From positions 2,560,001 through 2,624,000 of the forward strand of contig CAVVPN010000003.1 in the NCBI GenBank assembly GCA_963750165.1: DNA of 64,000 nt, read 5' to 3'. Numbering within the stretch: position 1 is the first letter of the stretch; each line of letters opens with the position of its first letter. This document shows, piece after piece, positions 29,096 to 39,794 of the stretch. The position numbers and the translations under genes are program-made. The notes under the pieces are model-generated. The model saw only the letters and a program-made list of their open reading frames with translations, was not told where the DNA came from and searched no databases. The stretch comes from an uncultured Gemmataceae bacterium (GTDB taxonomy: Bacteria; Planctomycetota; Planctomycetia; Gemmatales; Gemmataceae).

Positions 29096-30067
29096 TTAGC
29101 GACTGGTCTTCTTCGGGGCCGTGCGGTCGATGGCAAAACCGCTGGCCCGGGTGTCCTCGCCGTAAGCCGGGAAGGCGAACTGAGACGCTGGTTGCTGGAC
29201 GGGGCGATTGGAGTAGCCCACCAGCCGCAGCGTCGCCGGGGGCGCCGGCGCCGTCTTGGCGGGGTTGGGATTCACCTGCGGCATCGGCACCGGCGCGGTT
29301 GGGCCGCCGTCGTAGGGGTAGGTGCCGTCGCCGGGCTGCACTGGCGGCATCGGCGGCAGCGTGGTGCTGGAGCCGGAGATGCCGTACCGTTGCAGCGTGT
29401 TGCTGTAACCGTTGATGATGCTGTACTGCGGCGAGCCGTAGGGGACGACGCCCTGAGACACGCCGTAGGGCGCCACGCTCGCCAGGTAGGGCTGGTTGTA
29501 GGCGTATGGTGACAGGATGCCCGTGCTGCACCCGTAGTAACCGTAATACGGGTAGCCGGAGCCAGCGTAACCGTAATATGGGTAGCCGTAGCCGAGACCG
29601 TAGCCATAGCCGAGGCCGCCGTAGCCGAGACCGTAGCCAAGGCCATAGCCGCCGTAGCCGAGACCGTAACCGAGGCCGCCGTAGCCAAGGCCATAGCCGC
29701 CGTAGCCGAGGCCGCCGTAACCGAGGCCGTAGCCGCCGTAGAAGCCGCGATAGCCGCCGAAGCCGCCGTAGCCGCCGAAGCCACGGTAGCCGACGAACCC
29801 GCCGCGGAACCCGCCAAACCCACCGTGGAAGCCCCCGAACCCGCCGTGGAAGCCACCGTGGAAGCCGCCGCCGTGGAAGCCGCCGCCGTGGAAGCCGCGT
29901 ACCAACTCCGTGTCGGCCGCGGCCGAGCCGAGCGTGATCGTCTGGGCGCGGCTGGTGTCCGCCTTGAGCGTGTACACGTCCGATTTGGTGGTTTGAGCGT
30001 CGGCGACCTGAGCGCCGGCGAACAACGCCGCCACGCCGGCCAGGCCCGCCAGACTGCGAATGCACAT
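29096..30067 (-). CDS. Secreted Gly/Phe/His- and Gly/Tyr-repeat low-complexity protein
   Basis: GGAGG RBS; signal peptide (LAGLAGVAALFAGAQVADA); a GGFH repeat block, a GYGLGYGG repeat block and a Pro-rich tail ending FAFPAYGED. Confidence 0.8.
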   Translation of the reverse strand: MCIRSLAGLAGVAALFAGAQVADAQTTKSDVYTLKADTSRAQTITLGSAAADTELVRGFHGGGFHGGGFHGGFHGGFGGFHGGFGGFRGGFVGYRGFGGYGGFGGYRGFYGGYGLGYGGLGYGGYGLGYGGLGYGLGYGGYGLGYGLGYGGLGYGYGLGYGYPYYGYAGSGYPYYGYYGCSTGILSPYAYNQPYLASVAPYGVSQGVVPYGSPQYSIINGYSNTLQRYGISGSSTTLPPMPPVQPGDGTYPYDGGPTAPVPMPQVNPNPAKTAPAPPATLRLVGYSNRPVQQPASQFAFPAYGEDTRASGFAIDRTAPKKTSR

Positions 30068-30246
30068 GGTCATGCCCTCCAGTAATGGAATGAGTATGCC
30101 AACCAGCTCCCCCTTATCATCCTGCTCCCTGACGGCGCTTCCGCTGGCATGCCATCTATGTTGCATTGTACCCAGCTGACCCGGCGTGTCAAACGCATCG
30201 TTCACAAGCCGATACTATCGCGGAGTCGTGGCGGTTGCAATGTGCG

Positions 30247-30993
30247 CTATCGCGGCAGGGGCCGTTGCAGCAGCGCCTGCACGACCTCGGCGGTGCGGTC
30301 GATGGCGGCCTGCAGGAACGCACGGCCCTTCTCGGCGGTCGCCAGTTCGGGGTAGCCGACGGCCCCCTGCTGCGTGCGCTGGTGCATGTCCTCGGCGAGG
30401 TACAGGCCGCGCAGGTCTGGATCGCTCGAATCGGGGTCGTTGCGGATTTCCTCATGCCAGACCAGGTCCGGCCGCAGCGCCAGCATCATCGACGTCTCGA
30501 ACTCACAGGCGTGGCCCATGACCTTGCGACCGCCCTCGGCCAGCGCCGCCAGCTCCTGCGCGGCCAGGTCCCAGTACGACGCCGCGGCCAGCTGGCGGTC
30601 GGTGTAGCGCGGTTGTAGCCGGCGCAGGGCCAGCTGCATGGTGTCGATGTTGCCGCCGTGGCCGTTCAGGATCAGCAGTCGTTGGTGGCCGTCGCGCAGC
30701 AGCGGTTCGAGCAGGTCGCAGAGCATGGCGACGTGGGTATCGACCTCGGCCGACAGGGTGGCGCCGAAGCGCAGGTGATGGGCGCTGGCGCCGAACCACT
30801 GCGTCGGCAACAGCAGCACCGACTCGGGCAGGCGGCGCTCGACGGCCTCGGCGACGGCGGTGACGAGGATGGTGTCCGTGAAGGTGGCCAGATGGCGGCT
30901 GTGCTGCTCGCAGGCGGCGATGGGCGCCAGGACGAGGGCGCGGTCGCGCGGCACCTGTCGCAACAGGGGCCAGGTCATTTCGTGGAATTTCAT
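30247..30993 (-). CDS. Creatininase / creatinine amidohydrolase family protein
   Basis: EQHSRHLATFTD; GASAHH; LNGHGGN; GHACEFETS. Confidence 0.92.
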   Translation of the reverse strand: MKFHEMTWPLLRQVPRDRALVLAPIAACEQHSRHLATFTDTILVTAVAEAVERRLPESVLLLPTQWFGASAHHLRFGATLSAEVDTHVAMLCDLLEPLLRDGHQRLLILNGHGGNIDTMQLALRRLQPRYTDRQLAAASYWDLAAQELAALAEGGRKVMGHACEFETSMMLALRPDLVWHEEIRNDPDSSDPDLRGLYLAEDMHQRTQQGAVGYPELATAEKGRAFLQAAIDRTAEVVQALLQRPLPR

Positions 30994-31184
30994 TGGGGTG
31001 GCTTCCCGGGGTTGGGGGCGAACTGTTCTGGGTGGGCCTGCCCAACCACACTCTGCTTCCTTTAGCTTCGAGCGGCACACCGGCACACCGAACTGCTCTT
31101 GCCGGACGGTGTCCGCAACGGCATACTCCGCGGCCCGGCGGGGTGCGTCAACAGAAAACCGGCAGGACAGCGAAAGGTGCGGAC

Positions 31185-31586
31185 ATGAAGCGACGGCACA
31201 ACGTACCCTGGCTGTGGCTGATCGGAGCGGCGGCGCTGGTGGCGGGCTGTTCAAAGCAGGACACGGAGGGCCTGGGCCGTGTCGGTCGCAAGACGGCGGC
31301 GCGCTGCGAGGTCGTGACCGCTGGCGTCCAGCAGACGGTGCAGCGCGGCTGTGCGGGCATCTGGAGTGCGTGGGAGTCGGCGGCGCTGGAGACGCGCGTG
31401 TCGGCTCGGCTGCGCTGGGAGAAGAGTCTGTCGGAAGTCGCCGTCGAGGTTCGGGCCACGGGTAAGACGGTCGAACTGCGCGGCCGGGTGCGGGACGAGC
31501 AGCAAAAGCAGCGGGCCGCGGAGGTGGCGGCAGCGACGCTCGGCGTGGAAAAGGTGGAGAACCTGCTGACGGTGGCGAAAGAGTGA
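31185..31586 (+). CDS. BON domain lipoprotein
   Basis: Lipobox LVAGC; LETRVSARLRWEKSL...VELRGRV...GVEKVENLLTV. Confidence 0.88.
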   Translation: MKRRHNVPWLWLIGAAALVAGCSKQDTEGLGRVGRKTAARCEVVTAGVQQTVQRGCAGIWSAWESAALETRVSARLRWEKSLSEVAVEVRATGKTVELRGRVRDEQQKQRAAEVAAATLGVEKVENLLTVAKE

Positions 31587-31593
31587 GCGGTTT

Positions 31594-31635
31594 CGATTTA
31601 TCGGTTCGCGCGGGCCGGAGCGAACCGATAAATCG
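31594..31635. repeat. 16-bp-stem inverted repeat (REP/terminator-like)
   Basis: cgatttatcggttcgc-N10-gcgaaccgataaatcg, between convergent genes. Confidence 0.75.
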
Positions 31636-31646
31636 GCAACGCCGCC

Positions 31647-32405
31647 TCAGCGGCAGACGTAGCCGCCATCCACGACGAGCGTTTCGCCGGTGATGTAGCT
31701 GCCGGCGTCGCTGGCCAGCAGCAGTGCCGGGCCGACCAGTTCGTTGGGGTCGCCCCAGCGGCCCAGGGCGGTCATCTGCGCGAAGCGTTGCTTCTCCGCG
31801 TCGGTCAGCAACCGGCCGGGCAGGTCGGTCAGGAACGGCCCCGGAGCGATGCAGTTCACGGTGACGCCGAACGGCCCCAGCTCCACGGCGTTGGCCTTCG
31901 CCATCGCGATCAGCGCCGCCTTGGTCGCCGAGTAGGCGGCGCGGCCGGCGTTGGACACCAGCCCCATGATCGACGAAATGTGAATGATCCGTCCCCAGCG
32001 CCGCTGCTTCATCTGCGGAATCAGCGCCCGCGTCAGCGCCATCACCGAACCGAGGTTGATCTCGAACACCTCATCCCAATCCTGATCCTGAATGTCCTCG
32101 ACCGGTTGCGGCCGATTGGTGCCGGCGTTGTTGATGAGCACATCGACACGGCCGGCCTTCTCCAGAGCCGCCTGCGCCAGCCGCTGTGCCTCGCTGCGCC
32201 GCGCCATGTCGGCGACGACGTAATGTCCCTTGCGGCCGGTGCCGTGCAGAATGTCGGCCAGGGCCGTTTTCAGCTCGTCCTCGTGGCGGCTGCTGATGAC
32301 GACATCGGCGCCGATCTCGGCCAGACCGCGGGCCATGGCCTTGCCCAGTCCCTTGCTGCCGCCCGTCACCAGGGCCACCTTGCCGGTCAGGTTGAACAGG
32401 TTCAT
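31647..32405 (-). CDS. Short-chain dehydrogenase/reductase (gluconate 5-dehydrogenase-like)
   Basis: TGGSKGLG; NNAG; YSATK; NCIAPGPF. Confidence 0.93.
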   Translation of the reverse strand: MNLFNLTGKVALVTGGSKGLGKAMARGLAEIGADVVISSRHEDELKTALADILHGTGRKGHYVVADMARRSEAQRLAQAALEKAGRVDVLINNAGTNRPQPVEDIQDQDWDEVFEINLGSVMALTRALIPQMKQRRWGRIIHISSIMGLVSNAGRAAYSATKAALIAMAKANAVELGPFGVTVNCIAPGPFLTDLPGRLLTDAEKQRFAQMTALGRWGDPNELVGPALLLASDAGSYITGETLVVDGGYVCR

Positions 32406-32557
32406 CACCGTCTCCTCTCGTTGGTGTTGCACAGTGGTTGCCGATCAGGATACGGATTGCCCCGGTCTTCGGTCAGCGCAGCGCTTGACACTCATCGGTC
32501 GCACCGCTATCGTCCGCCCCGGTTCCCCTGTCGCCGTGGGCGAGGAAGCGCAGGTCC

Positions 32558-33229
32558 ATGGAAGTGCTGGCGCCGGACATTGTGGCCGAGGTGAAAACGC
32601 TGTCGGTCGGCCTGTGCGCCGGCGGCCTGGCGGTCGGGCTGGCGCTGTGGCTGCTCGGCTGGTGGAGTCACCGTTTCTGGGTGGTGCTGACGATCACGGC
32701 GCTGGCGGGGGTGTACGGGCTCTACGAGGCGCCGGCCTGGCGCGTGCAACCGCTGCTGACGGGAGTGCTGCTGGCCCTGGCGGCGGGCATGCTGGCGCTG
32801 GCGCTGGTGCGGCTGCTGGCGTTCGCGGCCGGCGGCGTCGCCGCGGTGCTCGCGCTGCAGGCGCTGGTGCCGACGCTCGACCAGCCGCTCATCTGTTTTC
32901 TGGCCGGCGGCCTGCTCGGCATGGCGCTGTTCCGCTTCTGGATCATGGCGCTGACCAGCGCCGGCGGTACGCTGCTGATCGGCTACAGCGGCCTGGGCCT
33001 GGCGGAGCACCTGTTGCACTGCGACGCGGTGGCGTTCAGCGAGAAGCATGTCGTGCTGCTCAACTGGCTGTGCGGGGCGGCGGCCCTGCTGGGGCTGGCG
33101 GCGCAGTGCTTTCTGACGCGGCGCGGCAAGAAGCCGGTGTCCTCCGGCAAGGGCAGGAAGGGGATTTTGACGGCGGAGCTGGTGAAACCGTCGTGGTTGT
33201 CGTGGCGGCCGCGCCGCAAGGCGGGGTGA
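32558..33229 (+). CDS. Multi-pass membrane protein (DUF4203-like)
   Basis: About seven Gly/Leu/Ala-rich hydrophobic segments, a basic C-tail and GC3-rich codons. Confidence 0.75.
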   Translation: MEVLAPDIVAEVKTLSVGLCAGGLAVGLALWLLGWWSHRFWVVLTITALAGVYGLYEAPAWRVQPLLTGVLLALAAGMLALALVRLLAFAAGGVAAVLALQALVPTLDQPLICFLAGGLLGMALFRFWIMALTSAGGTLLIGYSGLGLAEHLLHCDAVAFSEKHVVLLNWLCGAAALLGLAAQCFLTRRGKKPVSSGKGRKGILTAELVKPSWLSWRPRRKAG

Positions 33230-33429
33230 GAGATCGGCCGCCGGTCGCCGGCCTTGACGCTCCAGCCGCGGCACGGGAGGATGGCTGAAGGAGAACGGTC
33301 ACTGTGGCAGAACCCAGCGAGGGCGGCGGGCGTTCTGGCGACGGGCGCTCAAGCCAAGGAATTGAAGGCAACGATTGAGTCCATGTTAACCCCAGCCGTG
33401 AAGGTGTAGTTTCCCCTGCCGCCGCCGCG

Positions 33430-34419
33430 TCAGCGCGGCGCCGCGGACACCTCGGCGGACTGGCTCAGACACTCCAGGTCGTGATCGACCATGCGCCGCA
33501 CCAGTTCCTCAAAACTGACCTCGGGCTTCCAGTACAGCTGCTCGCGCGCCCGGCGGGCGTCGGCGACCAGCGGCACCGCCTCGGCGGGACGGTAGAACTG
33601 CGGATCAACCACCACGTAATCCTGCCAGCGCAGCGCCACGCGGTCAAAGGCGACGCGCACGAAATCCTCAACGGTGTGCGGCTGCCCGGTGCCGATCACA
33701 TAGTCCGCGGCCGCCGGCTGCTGCAACATCAGCCACATGCAGCGCACGTAGTCGCCGGCGAAACCCCAGTCGCGCACCGACTGCAGGTTGCCCAGACGCA
33801 GTTCCTTCGCCAGGCCGAGCTTGATCCGCGCTGCCGTCGCCGTGATCTTGCGCGTCACGAACGCCGGCGGCCGGCGCGGCGACTCATGGTTGTAGAGGAT
33901 GCCCGAGCAGGCGAACAGGCCGAAGCAGTCGCGATAGTTGGCGGTGATGTGGTGGGCGCAGACCTTCGAGGTGCCGTAGGGGCTGCGCGGCCGCAGCGGC
34001 GTCTGTTCGTTCTGCGGGCTGTGGTCGGCCTGGCCGAACATCTCGCTGGTGCCGGCCTGGAAGAACCGCGCCGCCGGCGCGTGCCGCCGCACCGCCTCCA
34101 GCAGCCGGGCCACCGACAGCAGGTTGAACTCCAGCGTCGGCAGCGGCTGCTGCCAGCTCGCCGGCACGAACGTCATCGCCGCCAGGTTGTAGACCTCCGC
34201 CGGTTGCAGGCTGCGCACCAGATGCTCCAACCCCTCCTGGTCGAGCAGGTTGGCCTCGAACAACTCCACGCGCCGGCACACCTCCGGTAGTTCCTCCTTG
34301 ACGCCGTCGGCGGCGGGCCGGACCAGGCCGTAGACGCGGTAACCCTTCGTCAGCAGTAATTCCGCCAAATAACTGCCGTCCTGACCGGTGACCCCGGTGA
34401 GCAGCGCGGTCTTCGTCAT
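33430..34419 (-). CDS. GDP-mannose 4,6-dehydratase-like SDR, divergent paralog
   Basis: TGVTGQDGSYL; FQAGTSEMFG; SPYGTSK; GILYNHESPRR; RDWGFAGDY. It lacks the RR loop present in the gmd at 38667. Confidence 0.88.
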   Translation of the reverse strand: MTKTALLTGVTGQDGSYLAELLLTKGYRVYGLVRPAADGVKEELPEVCRRVELFEANLLDQEGLEHLVRSLQPAEVYNLAAMTFVPASWQQPLPTLEFNLLSVARLLEAVRRHAPAARFFQAGTSEMFGQADHSPQNEQTPLRPRSPYGTSKVCAHHITANYRDCFGLFACSGILYNHESPRRPPAFVTRKITATAARIKLGLAKELRLGNLQSVRDWGFAGDYVRCMWLMLQQPAAADYVIGTGQPHTVEDFVRVAFDRVALRWQDYVVVDPQFYRPAEAVPLVADARRAREQLYWKPEVSFEELVRRMVDHDLECLSQSAEVSAAPR

Positions 34420-34490
34420 CGCGGGCCTCCCAAGGGCGGGCGGAACCCCTCCGCCGTGCGCCAGCGCCCATCTTACCCAGGCCGGCAGTT

Positions 34491-35699
34491 TTAAGCAGCC
34501 CGAGAAACCGGTGCAGCCCTCAGGCCGCCAAGCGCTGCCCGGTAGGCGTCAAGCGTATCGACGGCGCAGCGGGCCCAGGTGAACGGCGCCGCCGCCGCGG
34601 TGGCGCCGCGGCACAGTTCGCGGTGCCAGTCGTCGTCGGCCAGCACGCCGTGCAGCGCGTCGCGCCAGCTGGCCTCGTCGTCGGGAGCGATCAGGTGCGC
34701 CTTGTGGCCGGCGGTCTCTGCCAGGGCCGCGGCGGTCGAGGCCAGCACCGCGCCGCCGCACGCCAGCATCTCGATGGCCGGCATACCGAAACCCTCGTAG
34801 TGCGTGGGGAACGCCAGCGCTCGCGCCCCGTTGTACAGCGCCGCCAGGTCATCCTCGGCGACGTAGCCCAGGTGCAGCACGCCCGCCGGTTTGCCGATTT
34901 CATCCAGGCAGCGCATCAGCCCGGTGGCGTTCCAGCCCCAGCGGCCGACCAGCAGCAATGGCCAGCGCGATCGCAGGGCCGCCGGCAGGCCGGCGTAAGC
35001 GCGGAGCAGCGTCTCCAGGTTCTTGCGCGGCTCCAGCGTGCCGACATGCAGCAGATAGGCGGGCGGCAGACCGAGCCGCTTCAGGGCCGCGGCAGTCGCG
35101 GCCGCCGGGAGCGGTCGCAGGCCGGGGCGGACGCCCATGTACGTGACGCTGACACGCTCCGCGGGCACGCCCAGGTGGCGGACGATCTGCCGGCGGCTGA
35201 ACTCGGAGATGGTCAGGAAATGGCAGCACTGGCGTAGCGCCCGCGGCAGGTGGCGCTCGAAGAAGGCGACGCGCGCCGCCGGGTGCCATTCGGGGTGCAG
35301 CACCGCGGACAGGTCGTGGAAGGTGGCGACCGTCGGGCAGTCGCCCGGCAACGGGATGAAGTTGGGTTCGTGGTGCAGGTCGCAGCGCTGCAGCAGACCG
35401 CGGCTGGCCCAGGCCATGCCGCCGATCCGCAACCGCTCCGCGAGGTTGCCGAGGTTGCGCTTCAGCCCGGACAGGCGGCCGCCGCTGGCCGGGGTGCCCG
35501 CGGGGGCCGGGCCGTTGCCGCTGGCGCCGCGCAGCTTGCGCCACGCCTTGCGGAAGCGCGACACCCAGGGCGGCGGGAAACAGGTGATGGTGCCTGGCGG
35601 TGTCTGCTCGATGAGGCAGCGCACCAGTTCGGTGGTGTAGTGGCCGATGCCGGTCTTGGTGCTGTCCAGGGCCGCCAGATGGTTCACGGCGATGCGCAC
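34491..35699 (-). CDS. Glycosyltransferase family 4 (mannosyl/rhamnosyltransferase-like)
   Basis: AGGAGG RBS plus GTG start; TGIGHY; TFHDLS; VGTLEPRKN; FPTHYEGFGMPAIE. Confidence 0.92.
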   Translation of the reverse strand: MRIAVNHLAALDSTKTGIGHYTTELVRCLIEQTPPGTITCFPPPWVSRFRKAWRKLRGASGNGPAPAGTPASGGRLSGLKRNLGNLAERLRIGGMAWASRGLLQRCDLHHEPNFIPLPGDCPTVATFHDLSAVLHPEWHPAARVAFFERHLPRALRQCCHFLTISEFSRRQIVRHLGVPAERVSVTYMGVRPGLRPLPAAATAAALKRLGLPPAYLLHVGTLEPRKNLETLLRAYAGLPAALRSRWPLLLVGRWGWNATGLMRCLDEIGKPAGVLHLGYVAEDDLAALYNGARALAFPTHYEGFGMPAIEMLACGGAVLASTAAALAETAGHKAHLIAPDDEASWRDALHGVLADDDWHRELCRGATAAAAPFTWARCAVDTLDAYRAALGGLRAAPVSRAA

Positions 35700-35753
35700 C
35701 GGCACCTCCTGTGCACGAGAGGGGGATGTTGGCGGGCTGAAATCATCAGTGAT

Positions 35754-36804
35754 TCACTGCGGCAAGCGACAGAGAAGATAACTAACGCCGCCATCCGGAC
35801 GGCACTCCGCCCGCGCCACGGCCGCCGGCAGCACCCAGACCTGACCGGCCGCCAGCGCCTCGTCGCCGTGCGGCGTGCGCAGCCGGCCGCGGCCCGCCAG
35901 CACGACCAGCAGTTGCAGCCGACCAGTGCCGCCAAGGTCCACAGGGTCCGTGCGACTGACGTACTCCAACTCGAAGAACCGGCACCGCGCCAGCGACCGC
36001 TGCTCGCGCGGCCACGCACTCGGACTACCGGCGACCAGTGTTGTCCAGCTCTCGGCGCGCACCGGGGCGACCGGGCCACGGTCCCAGTCGATGCAGCGCA
36101 GCGACTCCTCGACGTGCAGCTGCCGGCGGTTGCCCAGGGCGTCACAGCGGTCCCAGTCGTAGAGGCGGAAGGTCGCGTCACTGGTCTGCTGCACCTCGGC
36201 CATCAGCACGCCACCGCCGACCGCGTGGACGGTGCCGGCCGGCAGGAACACGCTGTCGCCGGGCCGCGGCGTGAACGCATGCAGGCAGTCCACCGCGCGG
36301 CCGGCCGCCAGCGCCGCGCAGCGCCTTTTCATCGACGCCCGGCTTCAGGCCGGCGTAGACGCGACCGCCCGGCAGCACGTCCAGGATGAACCACACTTCC
36401 GTCTTGCCGATTTCGCCGGGCCAGAGGTGCCGGGCCTGTTCGTCGTCAGGGTGGACCTGGACCGAGAGCCAGTCATGGCAGTCGAGAAACTTCACCAGCC
36501 AGGGGAAGCGCTCGTGGACCAGCGCGGCCGGCCCGAGCAGGGCGACGCGGTGTTCCTTCATCAGCGACCGCAGCGTCACGCCCGCCCAGGGGCCGCCGAC
36601 CACGACGCTGCTGTGGCTGGCGTGGTCGCTCACCTCCCACGATTCGCCGTAGGGTTGGTCGTCCGGCAGCACCTTGCCCAGGTGCGTGCCGAGGCGCCGA
36701 CCCCCCCAGACCATCGGCCGCAGATACGGCCGAAAACACAAGGGGCCGTCGAGCACGGCGGCGCTCGGCGGCGGCGTGGGCACGCGGTTGGGCAGGCGGC
36801 TCAT
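35754..36804 (-). CDS. manA: Class I mannose-6-phosphate isomerase; frameshift at ~36317
   Basis: VWGGRRL; GESWE; FPWLVKFLD...LSVQVHP; GKTEVW; then, in a second frame, PAGTVHA...EVQQTSDATFRLYDWDR. Confidence 0.9.
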
Positions 36805-36820
36805 GGGCTCCTCTCGCTTT

Positions 36821-36885
36821 GTTCGTGATACCGGCTTTAGCCGGAATCCAACACTCCGATTCCGTCTGAAGGCGGTACTACGAAC
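36821..36885. repeat. REP-like doublet (GTAGTACCGCC family)
   Basis: gttcgtgataccggctttagccggaatc...gattccgtctgaaggcggtactacgaac; same family as the outer arms at 49844-50039. Confidence 0.75.
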
Positions 36886-36894
36886 CAGGACGGC

Positions 36895-37656
36895 TCACGC
36901 GGCGGCGGCGGGCTTTACCCTCGCGGAATCCGTGTAGGCATTCACCACCTCAAGTGGGTCGCCGGTCATGCGGATGCGGCCGTGGTCCAGCCAGACCGCC
37001 CGGTGGCACAGCTTCTTGATCGATTCCAGATCATGGCTGACGAACACGATTAACCGGGCCTTGTTCATCATATCGCGCATGCGCTGGCTGGCCTTTTCCT
37101 GGAAGGAGCGGTCGCCGACGCTTAGCACCTCGTCCACCAGCAGGATTTCCGGGTCGATGGCCGTGGCGATCGAGAACGCCAGCCGTACCTTCATGCCCGA
37201 GGAGTAGTAGCGCACCGGCATGTCCAGGAAGTGCCCCAGTTCGCTGAACTCGGCGATTGGCTTGAGCTTGGCCTTGATGGTGGTCGGCGTCTCGCCCTGG
37301 AGGTAGCCGCGGTAGGCGATGTTCTCCCAGCCGCTGGCCTCCGGCTCGAAGCCCAGGCCGATGTCGAACAGCGAACTGATCTTGCCCTGCACGCGCAGCC
37401 GGCCGCAGGTGGGCGGATAGATGCCGGCCAGGACGCGCAGCAGCGTGCTCTTACCGGCGCCGTTGCCGCCGAGCACGCCCACGCGCTCGCCCTCGCGGAC
37501 CTCGAACGTGACCTCCTTCAACGCCTCGACGGTGACGTAGGCGCTCTGCTGGCGGCGCCGCAGAAGGCTGCGCACCACGAACTCCTTGAGCGTGGTGCGC
37601 GCGTACTGCCGCACCGAGAACGTCAGACTCAGGCCGTTCAGTTGAATGTGCGCCAT
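36895..37656 (-). CDS. wzt: Polysaccharide-export ABC transporter ATP-binding subunit (no C-terminal carbohydrate-binding domain)
   Basis: GGNGAGKST; YSSGMKVRLAFS; LLVDEVLSVGD; VSHD; 253 aa. Confidence 0.93.
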   Translation of the reverse strand: MAHIQLNGLSLTFSVRQYARTTLKEFVVRSLLRRRQQSAYVTVEALKEVTFEVREGERVGVLGGNGAGKSTLLRVLAGIYPPTCGRLRVQGKISSLFDIGLGFEPEASGWENIAYRGYLQGETPTTIKAKLKPIAEFSELGHFLDMPVRYYSSGMKVRLAFSIATAIDPEILLVDEVLSVGDRSFQEKASQRMRDMMNKARLIVFVSHDLESIKKLCHRAVWLDHGRIRMTGDPLEVVNAYTDSARVKPAAAA

Positions 37657-37689
37657 GTGGAATGCCTTCCCTTGCGACCGCCTCTTGTT

Positions 37690-37761
37690 CCCTCTCCCTG
37701 GCTGGGGGGAGGCGCTCTTTCTCCCTCCCCCCTGGTGGGGTAGGGTTGGGGTGGGGGGGGG
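37690..37761. repeat. Purine/pyrimidine-tract palindromic repeat (CCCTCYCCC...GGGGRGGG type)
   Basis: ccctctccctggctgggggagg...ctccctccccctggtggggtagggttggggtggggggg, between wzm and wzt. Confidence 0.55.
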
Positions 37762-37767
37762 ATCGCC

Positions 37768-38562
37768 TTACAGGTGGAAAATGATGTGCCGCTGGCAGCG
37801 GGCCAACGTCAGCGACGCGGCGGCAAACACCACCACCACCGTCCAGCTGGCCATCATGTAGGACGGCCCGGCCGCCATCGTCCCGTCCAGCACGGGGCAG
37901 CGCACCAGGTCGAGCAGGGCCGCGAACGGATTGTAGTTGACCAGCCAGTCCAGGCCGCGTGCCTTCAGCAACTCGGCCGGGTAGATAACCGGCGTCAGAT
38001 ACATCATCCCCTGAAAGCCTACCTCACACAGGTGCTGCGTGTCCTGGAAGTACACCGTGGCCAGCCCCGCCAGCACCGCCAGCGACCAGCCAAAGACGAA
38101 CAGCATCAACATGCCCGGCAGCAACCAGATCAGGGCCGCCAACCGGTCGAGGCTGGTGCCCTTGAACACGAACGCGGCCGCCAGCACGATGGCCATCGCG
38201 ATCAGGAAGTGAATCATCGCCCCCAGGGCGGAGCGGAGCGGATAAATCGCCATCGGCGCGGGGTACTGGCGGATGTAGGACTCGCCCTGGAAGAAGCACT
38301 GACAGCCCGACAGCGTGGCGGTCACGAAGAAGCTCCACGTTGCCAGGCCGGCCAGCAGGAAGGGGCCGTAACTGAGGATGTCGCCCTCGGGCATGATGAT
38401 CTTGCCGAACACCGTACACAAGATGGCCGTCATGGCAATCGGGTGCAACAGCGACCAGCCCAGGCCGAGCACCGAACGGCGATAACGCGCCCGCAGATCA
38501 ATCTTGACGAGACTCATCCAGAAATAGCGGCACTTCCAGATTCCCTTCAGGTAGTCCAGCAT
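37768..38562 (-). CDS. wzm: Polysaccharide-export ABC transporter permease
   Basis: DLRARYRRSVLGLGWSLLHP; YLTPVIYP; YNPFAALLDLVR. Confidence 0.93.
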   Translation of the reverse strand: MLDYLKGIWKCRYFWMSLVKIDLRARYRRSVLGLGWSLLHPIAMTAILCTVFGKIIMPEGDILSYGPFLLAGLATWSFFVTATLSGCQCFFQGESYIRQYPAPMAIYPLRSALGAMIHFLIAMAIVLAAAFVFKGTSLDRLAALIWLLPGMLMLFVFGWSLAVLAGLATVYFQDTQHLCEVGFQGMMYLTPVIYPAELLKARGLDWLVNYNPFAALLDLVRCPVLDGTMAAGPSYMMASWTVVVVFAAASLTLARCQRHIIFHL

Positions 38563-38600
38563 GCCTTCTCCTCGTGTTCAGGCGGTGCCGGCGCACTCTT

Positions 38601-38660
38601 TCGTGGGGCAGACATTCCTGTCTGCCGAACTCCTGGCAGACAGGAATGTCTGCCCCACGA
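38601..38660. repeat. REP doublet (GTGG-GGCAGAC-ATTCCT-GTCTGCC)
   Basis: Perfect 26-bp arms tcgtggggcagacattcctgtctgcc / ggcagacaggaatgtctgccccacga; each arm is itself a hairpin preceded by GTGG. Confidence 0.88.
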
Positions 38661-38666
38661 GAGAAG

Positions 38667-39794
<1,128 letters not shown>

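Noticed and set aside
29096..30993. RiPP cluster (creatininase as MftE-like peptidase, Gly/Tyr protein as precursor)
   Set aside because: No radical SAM, RRE or other maturase is adjacent; the repeat protein has a Sec-type signal and is over 300 aa.
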